The notes under the pieces: generated by a model
The model's input: the letters and a program-made list of their open reading frames with translations, nothing else
Databases searched by the model: none
Told to the model about the DNA's origin: nothing
Translations under genes and position numbers: made by a program
Part shown: piece after piece, positions 30,301-42,300 of the stretch
Layout: each line of letters starts with the position of its first letter
Position numbering within the stretch: position 1 is the stretch's first letter
Assembly (NCBI GenBank): GCA_964187785.1
Contig: OZ076413.1
Coordinates: forward strand, 49,230,001-49,294,000
Length of the DNA: 64,000 nucleotides
Source: Amphiscolops sp. MND2022
Lineage: Eukaryota
Direction: 5' to 3'

Positions 30301-33300
30301 AGTCAGACCCCCAAAAAGGAAAGATGACAAATTACGAATACTTAAATGACTAAAGTGCCGAAGAAGTAACTTTGGCCGAAATGTGTGTCAATTGAGAGAC
30401 ACACACTGTGAGTTACAACCTAGAGAACAGTTTGACTTATTGTTGTGTCGGCGATTTTTATCTGCAGCTACAAGTGAGGTGGAACTCCAAGACCTTGTGT
30501 TGAGATAACTTCGGAACAGGATTTTGCCGTAAGTGAGGTGGAACTCCAAGACGTTCTTCAAGATCCTTATCTTCAATCGTGAGTGAGGTGGAACGCCAAG
30601 ACCTTCGTTGAAGCGTTCCAATCGTGCGTGAGGCGAGACTCCAAGACCGTCGTTGGAACAAACCGTTGCAATCGCGAGTGAGGTGACTCCAAGACCTCCG
30701 TTGTGGCACCCGTAACCAAAATCAACACCTTGCTAGAACCTTGCTTATTAATTGTCTGTATTATATGCCTTCTAGTATTAGCCGTAATATTCACCGTATT
30801 TATCGATGTTACCTCATAGTACATTCTATTATTCGTGGTTGTGAAATTGTGTTTGTGTCTATTAATCGTCTTATATTATTATTTTGTATTAATTGATGTT
30901 CAAACTGCTCTTTTCATTCGTGAAAAGACCCCCTCGTATTTTTAACAGCCTAAGAGTAGCGAGACAAACCCCCGAGAAGGAGACATGATAGCAAAGATAG
31001 TCAAAGAACGTGATTTCTTAGTCACACTTACTCCCACCGTCTTCAATTGTATTGATTCTTCTCTGCGGTTGAAGTTAATATAAATTTTGTCTCGTGCATG
31101 GTATCTAGGGGTTTAATTGAGTGGTAGTGGAGCAATCTTATGTATTGTTAAAGCTACCGTAATTCCAAAAATCTTACATTGGCGCTCCTGGGTGGGCCAT
31201 CTTTGCGTCTTTGCTATTTACTCTTTCTTTCTATTACTTCTTTCCCTCTTCTTCCCTTCACCCTTCGCTGTTGCTGAACCCTTCCCCAGATGTCTGCAGA
31301 CGAGGAAACCGAGCAGCAGCAATCCCCCAACGCCGCAGAAGATCACCCCGGCACCCACTCTCCCGTCAAAGGTGGTAGTAAACCACCCACTTGTAAGTCT
31401 ACTAGCTTTTCCCTCATAGGATCGGCCGCCATGACAAAAGAACGTAAACAAGATGCTTACAGGCGGATGAGAGAACTTGAAAAACAAATCAAACGCATAA
31501 AACTCGAAGAAGACTTTGATTCTGATGATTCCTAGCACCCGAAAATGAATCTAAACAAAGACAAAAACCCCTGTACGAAAAATTCCCAGTAAAACCAGAA
31601 AAATTCCCTAGTAAAGATTACCACCGCTGGGAAAATTGGGTTAAACATTTCAACGCAGTCGCACTAGTAAACGGATGGAATGATAGTCAAAAAATAGCTG
31701 CTATGCCCACTTGCTTAACATCTTGGGCGATTGAAGAATTTGAAACCGTCACCCGTAAATATGTTGCAAAAGAACCTGGCTGTTACGCCCCACGGTTTGC
31801 CGAGCTCCTCGAAATCCTTAAACCGAAAATGCAAGAATATCGCAGTCAAAAAGCTACGCGGTCTGAATTTAAAGCTGTTAAACAATGGGAAAATGAAGAC
31901 CTGAGAGAATTCTCGAGAAGAGTGCGTCGTCTTGCCGATATAGCCTTTCCTGAGAAACCCTTTCGGGAAAGAGAACGCGAAATGAGAGACCAGTTTATCG
32001 AGGGACTTTTCGATTCAAGAATACAAACTAACTTGTATGAAGATGAGCGTGACCGTGTTTTCGGGGAAACTTTGCAACGGGCACAGGAACTCGAAATAAT
32101 CCACAAGACTCAAGAATCGAGAAAAGACCGGAAATTCGATAAACTCCGCTACTCACAAAACGATCTCGAGTATTCCGATACAGTAAGAGCTGGCTATTCA
32201 AACAATAACTAAAATGAAGAAAAATTTGCAGCTATAGAAAACTCGTTAACCAATGTGGCAAGTCGGTTGGATCGTTTCGAAAATTCAATTTGTCAACACA
32301 TCTCCAAGCAAACTGAACAAATCTCGAAACTAGCCAACTCAACAACCAGTCAAATCGAAACCCTCGTGCAAAGTATAAAAGACAGGTCATCTGGGATGGT
32401 AGGAGCGGCGGGAAGTTCGCAACAGTCGGCTGGTGGGCAGTCTCAAAATGTAAAATTAACCCAACCCCCGCATGAAGAAGCAGAATGCTTTCATTGCAAA
32501 TCATATGGCCACTACGCTCGACAGTGCCCGAACAGAACCAAGTCAAAATAACAACAATTTGTGAATCAGGACAGCAGCGGAGCCGTAGATGATTTTCAAT
32601 AGTGACCAAAAGATGACATGATGACCATAAGTTGAAACACGGGAACCCGATGTGTGAAAAAAGCCTTCCACCGCTAGTACAGTACCCCATACGTGAGATG
32701 AAATTCTTCACATTAATAACTTGTATCCAAATCAAACAAATTTACCCCCTGTATTTTTTTGCCCCAATGAAAAGCTCAAAAACTATATTTTCTCTTCGCT
32801 TGGGAAAAAAAGAAAATAGGAGTAAAGTAATATAGAGTAACTCAAGTGCTCAAAACATCCTCCAGTCAATTAAAAAATTTTTTTCCCGATGGAATTGGAG
32901 AGCTTAAGGTGTTATAGTAAGCTTATAATTAAATAAATGGATATTATTAGAATGTGAAGTGATTTAGTATTGTATTTCAAGCACTTGTTTACAAAATTAC
33001 AAAATGAGTTGATTAAACAAGACTAAAATTACAACCTGACTGGATAGCGAATTAACCAATTAACACCTCCCTAGTAATAGAATAAAATTTGAATAAACCA
33101 ACTACTCAGGAGAGTAGTAGTCCAAGTTGGGGGGGGGGAATGTAGGATTTTTGACTTTTCGCTCATGTTATGGTGTTTAATAAATTTTATTTCATCAGCA
33201 AGGAGAATATCCGGAGGTGATATCATATAAAAGTAAAGATTACAACAAGTACTTCAAGTACCTCGCACTATTGTTTAATGTCAATACTATTGTATTCCGT

Positions 33301-36300
33301 CCCAATGACAACCAAAATAACTATTCTTAGCTGCAATGAAGCGACCGCGCAACGTATTAATGCAGTAATACGGCCTCCACCACTCAGACCTATGTATGAA
33401 AATTCTAATCGAAAAGAAACTTTGACATCAAATTTCTCGGCAACTATTGCTAATACAAGAAAAATTAAACCACCGAAATGTTCCTGTTTGACCTGACTAC
33501 GTGTTGAGTAAACATTTAGGCACTTTAAACCAACGTATTCCCACAAAATTTGAACATGAAGTCATCGTTGACTAGGAATAGAGATTTAGTCAAATTACTA
33601 TGTTAATACATGTGTTTGAGGGTAAGCGAGAGTGAAAACTCCGCCGTGTGCGTGAACAGCATAGAATGCAGCTCAACTAAGCGTGTCAGAAAGCGAAAGG
33701 AATGAAAATTAGAACGCGCTGTGAGTGGCTGTACGCGTAGCTAATAAGAAAACGGCCGCCGCACACTTTGAATTAATCCCCCCTCTTAATAGAAATTAAA
33801 AATCAAAACCCGATTTCTCGACGATGGAAAAAGATATCAACAAACGGTTTTCAGCTTTCGACAGCCCGTCTAAAGGAGAGCCTCAGTTGAGAATATGAGC
33901 CCCGTGCAATGACGAGAACATATTGGGGGGAAGCTTTGAAAATAAGTGCGTAAAAAATTTTGACGATTTTCCAAAAATGAGTTTCCTTTAAAAATTTCGT
34001 GTGATCGCTACAATTGTCAGAAAAGGTTCGGATATAGCTTAAAATAAAAAGATAAATAAATGCCCTAACTTGTGTCAAATGGAAAATAAATAATACTCAG
34101 TAGTTTTTGAGAACTGAGCCAGCCAACGTTAAAAACAGCCCTAAAATGGCCTAAAAAGCCGTTTTCCGCATGTTATCGCTTAGTACTCAACGAGTAAGCG
34201 CACAATAGCCGCCCCCTTCACAGCGTACTTGAGAATTGAAGTGGAAGAATGAACAGAATAATAAATAGAGTGCTGCGGCGCGCTAGCGAAAAACCCCCAA
34301 GAATTAAAAGTTGTGATTTCTTTCTGCCGATAGGGATGTCGACCTACCAAAATGCTAACTTCCCCCCCGCACGTTTTGGGCAATATCGAACTGAAACTTT
34401 CAAGGTTGACGCACAAGACCCAGGCGCACAGCGTTTAGGAGGAGCGTTTTTCCGAAAAATGCCCTGGTTTGGAGATATTGGCCTCCAAAGTTGAAAGTCC
34501 GGACATAAAAATCGGGAAAGTGACTACTTTCAGAAAAACGGCTATCAAATTTTGTTGAGAAAAGATAGAGACCTCATCTAAATTGCAAAATACTTCTACT
34601 GGCTAGGGCTAACGATGTATAGAGGCCCCCAGCCTGTACCTTTCAAATTGACTGAGTACGAGCCCTCCAAAGTTGAGAGGTTTGCAAATGTCAACAAGTG
34701 TTTTTTTACTACCAAACTTTAAGGGCGTTTTTCACCGTAAAGGAGTTGAAATAGAAAGATAAAGATGAATAAAGTTTTTGTAGCCCTTTGACTGTACTTT
34801 CAAATGATGTGTTTGATTTTAGCCCCGTGATCAGAACATTTAATTTTTGCTTTTATAATATGTAACACAAAAATCGACTTTATTAGATCTGAATTAAAAG
34901 CGACTTTTAGGTCATTTTAAATTATAGAGAATTATTTCCTTCAGCCAGATTTAGCTGGAGAGAGTTGTCAGGAACCGCGTGAGAAAGAAAGACCTGGCAA
35001 AAGGTGCAAATGTCAATCAGTAAGCCGAAGTTCAAGTCGTGCTTACAAAAGTGGGAAAAACTGAGTCAGTAGCACCACCCCTTAAATTCTATTGAAAACG
35101 AAGTAAAACCACCAGTCATGATTGATAAGGAGGTGGAACCAGGACTGACTCGTGATGAGAAAATGTACTTCTGACGAATCTTCAGTACGGAAGTAAGGAA
35201 AACTGATTTGCTCAACACTTAGTCAGACCCCCAAAAAGGAAAGATGACAAATTACGAGTACTTAAATGACTAAAGTGCCGAAGAAGTAACTTTGGCCGAA
35301 GTGTGTGTCAATTCAGAGACACACACTGTGAGTTACAACCTAGAGAACAGTTTGACTTATTGTTGTGTCGGCGATTTTTATCTGCAGCTACAAGTGAGGT
35401 GGAACTCCAAGACCTTGTGTTGAGATAACTTCGGAACAGGATTTTGCCGTAAGTGAGGTGGAACTCCAAGACCTTCTTCAAGATCCTTAGCTTCAATCGT
35501 GAGTGAGGTGGAACGCCAAGACCTTCGTTGAAGCGTTCCAATCGTGCGTGAGGTGAGACTCCAAGACCGTCGTTGGAACAAACCGTTGCAATCGCGAGTG
35601 AGGTGACTCCAAGACCTCCGTTGTGGCACCCGTTCTCGAACCCTGTTCAATCGTGCGTGAGGTGAGAATCCAAGACCGTCGTTGAACATTCTTGTACTCT
35701 TAATCGTGCGTGAGGTGTTGGACTCCAAGACCGTCGTTAGGATACAATTGCTTTCACTCCAAGACCGATAGAGATTTGCAGCGAGTTGCTTTTTTCGATA
35801 TATTACTGATATCATTCCCTATCCTCACGGATAACCAAAATCAACACCTTGCTAGAACCTTGCTTATTAATTGTCTGTGTTATATGCCTTCTAGTATTAG
35901 CCGTAATATTCACCGTATTTATCGATGTTACCTCATAGTACATTCTATTATTCGTGGTTGTGAAATTGTGTTTGTGTCTATTAATCGTCTTATATTATTA
36001 TTTTGTATTAATTGATGTTCAAACTGCTCTTTTCATTCGTGAAAAGACCCCCTCGTATTTTTAACAGCCTAAGAGTAGCGAGACAAACCCCCGAGAAGGA
36101 GACATGATAGCAAAGATAGTCAAAGAACGTGATTTCTTAGTCACACTTACTCCCACCGTCTTCAATTGTATTGATTCTTCTCTGCGGTTGAAGTTAATGT
36201 AGCGATTACCTATCGAGTACACGATTTCGAAAATTTCGATGAAAATTTCGTTCAAGGGACTATATCCCCTCTACTGAAAAGTCACATTCCGCTGGACGGC

Positions 36301-39300
36301 AGCGTGTCTTTACTCAAGTACCTGCCCACAGAATTGAAGAGAATTTGAGTAAAAGACTCAAAAGAGACCCCAACCGAACGAGAAGACTGCAGAAAAACAC
36401 GGCCGCTGTCAGAAAAAGACTCAAATTTCTGTCAAAACGGACTGAACTTTGTTCTAGCGAGTGCTTTCTTCAGCGAAGCGTTACAAGACGCTGTGATTAC
36501 TGAAAATGAGTCAATTGGCTTGACCAAGCATCCGTGCTTGTGTCCCCGGCTAATTGCTGCCCCAAAAGTGCTAATTATGTAGTAATTTTCGTATTTTCTT
36601 GTTGTAACAGCTCGTGAGCTACTTACTTCGATTTCCTGTGTAACTTCGAAAAAACTTGATTTTTCCTTTCCACCACTTGCATTTTTTAAAGGCTATCTAA
36701 GCGTTGGTTCCGAAGAAAAAGCGTAATGCGCGCTACTGTTAGCAATTACAGACTGGATCAGGCCGGCGAGCACTTCTTAAGAAGCGGAATCCTCCTCTGA
36801 CGGGACATTTCTTACCCGAAGGAGGCAAAATGGACTCATTTCCATGGGTGCCTGTCCCGGGCAAATACCCATGCCATGTGTTCCTCCTGCTCTTATGGTT
36901 ACGGCGACAATGGTGAGAGCTTGTCGTTACATGGAGAACACATTTTATGGCGACCACAGAGGGATCGCTTCGAAGTGCTTCCCTTAATGGTTTTAAAATA
37001 GCCGACCCTCTGGTGATTGACGCCAAGTACGACCCGACTCTGATGGAAAGAAGAGAGAAGCAGAGTTTTTCCACGTTTTTACCCTGTGTGTGTTATTGAA
37101 GACTTCAAGCCCGGTGGATAAAGGTAAATCTTGTAAAAAAGCGCTGTATGTTGTGATTTTCATGCTTTTTTAGTAGTTGACAGGTAACGATCGAAATAGC
37201 CTACCCTCTTAACGGGTCACTCATAAAATTGGTCTAGCAAGCCGTTGGAAGGCTGCTAGAAGTGTTAACAGGTGTTTTCTAGCCTTTTTCAGCTTTTTAT
37301 GACCAATGAAGTGAGTGTTGAGAAGAGGACGATCCTTGCTCAGACGAATCTTACAATCTGCCGAAACGAGTTATACGACTCACCAATCCCATTTCTCATA
37401 CAGGCAACCTAGAGGAATGAAATTTGGTGGAGACGTACTACAAATGCTGACGTGTCTAATGGTGCAACCCGTTTGTCTCTAGCTGTTCTGGGTAATGAGC
37501 AACAAGAACGAGAAGACACGACTCGTCAGTCCGGGTTGTATAATAATTTTGAGTCAGGTTGAAAAAAATTTTTGGGTTGCTCAAAATTTTGTGTACGACC
37601 ATTTGCCAATGTTTTTACGAGCCTTCTGTAACTAGGTGTGTGCTTTTGCACCTGTTTTGTGCGAAAAAAGTGCGTTTTTTCATGTATTTTCGACGAAAAG
37701 TGCCAAATTTGGCCATTTTGAGGCGAAACACCTACATGAGCGCGAGCGCTCTTGGTGCTAGCCACACACCTGCAGATATTAAATAAAAGTAGCTCAGGAC
37801 TCTAACGAGTTCGCAAAAAACACGACAAACTGCTCAAAGTTGCCCGAAAAGGCACTTAGTATAAATTTTGTGAGGAAAAAACCCCGTTTTTGGAAGACTG
37901 AACATTTTTAGCACTTTAAATTTCTGGGGGAACTTGTATAGAAGCTTTTAAACACCCCCATATGGTTGCAATTAGGTTGGGGTACACCTGCCGGTACCCA
38001 ACAATACCCATTTTGGTAATTATAACCACTACTTCTTAAAAAAAGTTACGAGAACTGTGATTTTGAGGTTTCTCCATAGTACTCTTAGAAGAAACCCAAT
38101 TTGATTATTGACGAACACTTTTACGCTTAGAATAGCCCCCGGGCTATTATTTTCAGTTTATTTAGTAAATTTAACGATCTACAGTGAAGGCCGCATCCCA
38201 AAATTCCTTTTCAGTGCTGAGAAAAGTAGAAAAATGCACTGAAAAACCTCCATTTTCCTAAAATCCGGACTGTCTCTGAGCTAAGGTCGGGTCATTGATT
38301 CTTGGACCTTAGCCAAAAGGTGATTGCATTTTCATAACCACCACTAAAAATAACGCTAGTGCCGAAAATTTGGTGGACGTAACTTTCACCAAAGTCGAAA
38401 AAAGTTCTCTAACGTTTCAACTTCAGGGGACTGTAAAACTACCGAAATAATCCAAAACTGAAGGACTGTCGGTGCCTCGTGTTTAACGGGCACACCTAAT
38501 CGAGGGTTTATCCTAGTACTACGAGTAGTGGGGTAACACATAGGTCCCACTTCTCCAGCCCTACCACTTTTTGAGGTGAACCTCTCAGCCAATTTGTGAA
38601 AAAAGTAGTCCAAAATTATTTTTTTGTGAGTGTTGCCCAAGTAAGGTCGGAACCTCAAATAAGCGTCCGCGCTTTCATTTGATGGTTTCACCGGCATTGT
38701 ACACGCTCATCGACTGTAGCTACAAAGTTTTGTGTCAATCTAACCAGTACTCGGTGAGAAAATAGAAAAAACGTACCACTCAAGAAGTTGGGCATAGAGG
38801 GTAATTTTTCAAATTTTTCCTGAGTGATCCGAGTGCCTTAATTGAAAAACGAAGTTGAATTGCCGTTCATTTCTATCATTTGTACCAGATACTACGTTGT
38901 TTTGCAAATTTTGAACCCGCTAGCTTTTTTTTTCAATAAAGCACAATCTTGAAATAAGCATAAAAATTGATGTATCTTGGTGACTAAGGTACCGAACGTC
39001 CGAATCGGTCTGAATCTTGAAATAAGGACCTTAGCTTAGATTTGATTTTGCTATCGTGTAGTACATCTACCACAAGGTCAGGTGGCCAATTTTCAAGTGT
39101 CTCCGACGATCAGACGTTGCGCTCGAGACACCTTAGTCATTTTTAAAGAAATCTGAAAAACTCAAAAATTGTCTAAAAACTCGATTGTTTGCGAAATAGC
39201 TGTTCCGCAAGCCCCAAACGCACGGTTTCCGGCCCCACACCACGGTATCAACGCGCTGTGTAAGTTTCACGCCGGTACGACCCCTAGATCGATTTTTGAC

Positions 39301-42300
39301 TTTTTCGAGACGTGTGAAATCATGAAGACTAACAGTTTGCGTAACCTTTGGAATTCCATAACGAGAACATTAAGCCGCACGAACACCCGGCGAAGCTCTA
39401 ATCTTTCAAAAGGGGGGAGGAAGGACACGTCGCGACGCGCTGAAGCATCGAAAAAACCAGACCCAACGGGGTGCGAGACAAATCTCAGTGCAATATCAGA
39501 CCTAACCTCAGACCCCAGGGAGGAAGATTGGCCAACTGATGACAGTTTCGTTATGGAACCCGATTTTTCAGACCCTATGTCAGACGACGCATCGGAGAAG
39601 TATCAGGCCAAGCCGATCGCCAGGACTACCGATGATATCGGAGGTTCAGCCGACGAAACAGGATGTCAGGCGCACACGTCCAAATGGTTACAAGAACTGA
39701 CCAAAGTAGCCGTCACACCTTTCGGTACTGACGAAGCAGGAACATGGCCCAACTCCAACAGGACAAACGCTGAGGAAGAAGCTGAAATGAGTTGCTTGAA
39801 TGCCACTGGACAACTCAAGGCTCCCAGCATGGCAAGCGAGAGCACTGCGAACACGGCAGAGATATTGCAACAAATGTCTTATGTCGGGGGTATGAATTAT
39901 GCCAGGGCACGTCTTCAAGAAGCTACGGCTCCCCGAGCATCTGGGAAGGGTAAGCAAGTACGGCCTCCAGCTCTACTAGCACAGACTGGCACTACAGGAC
40001 CTCATGGCGACTCGCGCTCATCCTCACCCTCATCAAAAGCTGCATCTGCCCGATCTTCGGCATATCGAGCCGTACATGAAGCAGCGAAAGCGCGCAAAGC
40101 TCTATTAGATGCTCAGATAGGCGTGAAGCAAGCTGCTTCACAACTGTCTGAGCGCAAGGCAAGGTGCGATAGAGAGCACCAATCAATAATGGAGGAAATT
40201 GAAGCCGTGCAAACTGAACTGCGAACATCAACTGAGCGACAAGCGCAAGGACATGAAATTCAGGCCGCCCGAATGGATGCCATGGGTTATCGAATGGCCG
40301 AAATGAAGGACATGGTGACCGAAAGAGAGGTGCGCATGGAAGCTCAATTGCAAGAGATATGTTCACAGATACAAGCAATGGGCACTATGTTGAAAAATAT
40401 CCAACCTCGACCCGCACCAGCAAGCAACACTATCAAAGAGTTGCTGCAAGACACTGATGTGTCACTGCCAAAACCCATGAAAAGCGTCTCCCTCAAGCCA
40501 AAAGAGAGTGTGACGACTGCAACAAACCCATCTGGCTCTAAACAGCACTTGGCCAGGTACGCGCCTTTGCCACAAACTCTGGTCTCAAATGGAGAGGCCG
40601 CATCAACCTCGACGAAATTTATCCCGTCTGCGGTATCAACAAAATATATTCCACCCACGACCAAAACTCACAAGAAAGAACCAACGTGCGAGGTGATAAC
40701 TATCGACACTTCAAGCATGGGTATCACCGGCCTGCGAGAGCCCACACGCACAAACGAGCTAACTGAAGTCACCAGCACCTTCCAAACAGCAAATGCAACT
40801 TTGGGAGAATCAGCTGCAGAATTCCAAACCGCGAACGACGAATTGCCCCCGGGCAACCCATGCGCCAGCAGCACTCGACGCCGAGAAGTGACTCTCCCCG
40901 AGAACACCGATGACTCTGTCAACTCAACGCGAGGCAGCAGTATCCCGCCACCAGCTATCACTGAAGAAGCGCCTATATCACCGGAGCAACTCAGGTTTAC
41001 CGAGGCAATATCCAAGGCCATGTCCAAGGAACTGGCGCCGCTGATTGCTAATCGAGATCAAACTAGGGTCCGCCCTACGGTATACAAAGGCACTAAAGAT
41101 GGTTCTGTCGATGGATGGCTCCCAGTGATGAAGCGATTTCTAGAAAGGGTGCATGCAAAATCCCCAAAGATCGACAGAGCCTGGGCTATCATCGACCACC
41201 TGGAAGGGGAGGCGAGAAATTATATAATCAACAAATCTGAACCTGAACGAGACGAGCCCGACAAGGTATTCTCTCTCTTGGCCAGCAGGTTTGGAACCGG
41301 TGGAAACCGCATGCACGTCAGGCAAACCTTCATGTCTCGTGTCCAACAGGAAAAAGAGGATTGGATGCAATTCTTGGACGCATTGGAAGGTCTGCGCACC
41401 CATGGTTTCCCAGACGAGCCTATCACTACACGTCGTTATGAGATCCTGCAACGTTTTATAGATGGCGTCAATGACCCGACGCTGCGACAAGAGTTGGCCG
41501 TGGTGTACGCTGCGGAGACGTATTTGACTGAGCCACCAACTGTAGAATCCCTGAGATTCACCACGAGACAATTGCAACGGCATCGCCCAAACACGTCAAA
41601 ACCTTACGACCCAAGGTATGCAATGAGATCGAGGCCTCACCCTTTCGTGCCAGGGAAATTGGTTCACCCGGCACCAGGCCTACCACAAAACGTGCTACCT
41701 CCAAACCAAGGACAGCGAGAGGCAAAGCCCCAGATGGCCCCACCAGGCCCTGCATCGGTAAAACAGGCTCCTGCACAGCAGCAACCAGCGAGAGTGATTC
41801 CCCAAGGAGCATGCTTCAACTGTGGACTACCAGGTCACTTTGCGAGGGAATGCCCAAATCGAGAACTAGCAAGGGAACCCGCGGCTCGCGCTGCACCCGA
41901 AGAGCGAGTAAACCTGTGTGAGAACAATGTGGCCTCTGCATGTTCTGGCCCCGTATTCTGTGTTAACTGTGGCATGACCGAACACTCTGCATCACAATGC
42001 CAAAATGTTCCAGTACATGAGGATTTGGCCTACAGCCTCTGGGCTGAACAGCCATCTGCTTCTCAAACAATGAGTGACAGTGAAATGGTACTCATGCTAC
42101 GCCCTGCTGAAGCCGCTCACGTGGCGACGCCCCTTACCGTCACATGTGGCAAAATCCAAATCCAGACGAACCCAGAGCCAACTACTTTTGATCCCTCGGG
42201 ACGCACTATCATGTCTCCCCGACTACTGTTGGCGGTTGAGAGAGAAACCCGCCCAGAACTCACCATAGAAGATCTGATAGAAGAGATAACCGCAAACGAG

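Noticed and set aside
35393..35767. CRISPR array
   Set aside because: Repeats are degenerate, spacers are short and uneven, no cas genes are present, and it sits inside a eukaryotic LTR. Kept only as an unexplained repeat-spacer array.
39169..39321. TTG-initiated N-terminal extension of gag
   Set aside because: Eukaryotic context. The ATG at 39322 is the more plausible start.
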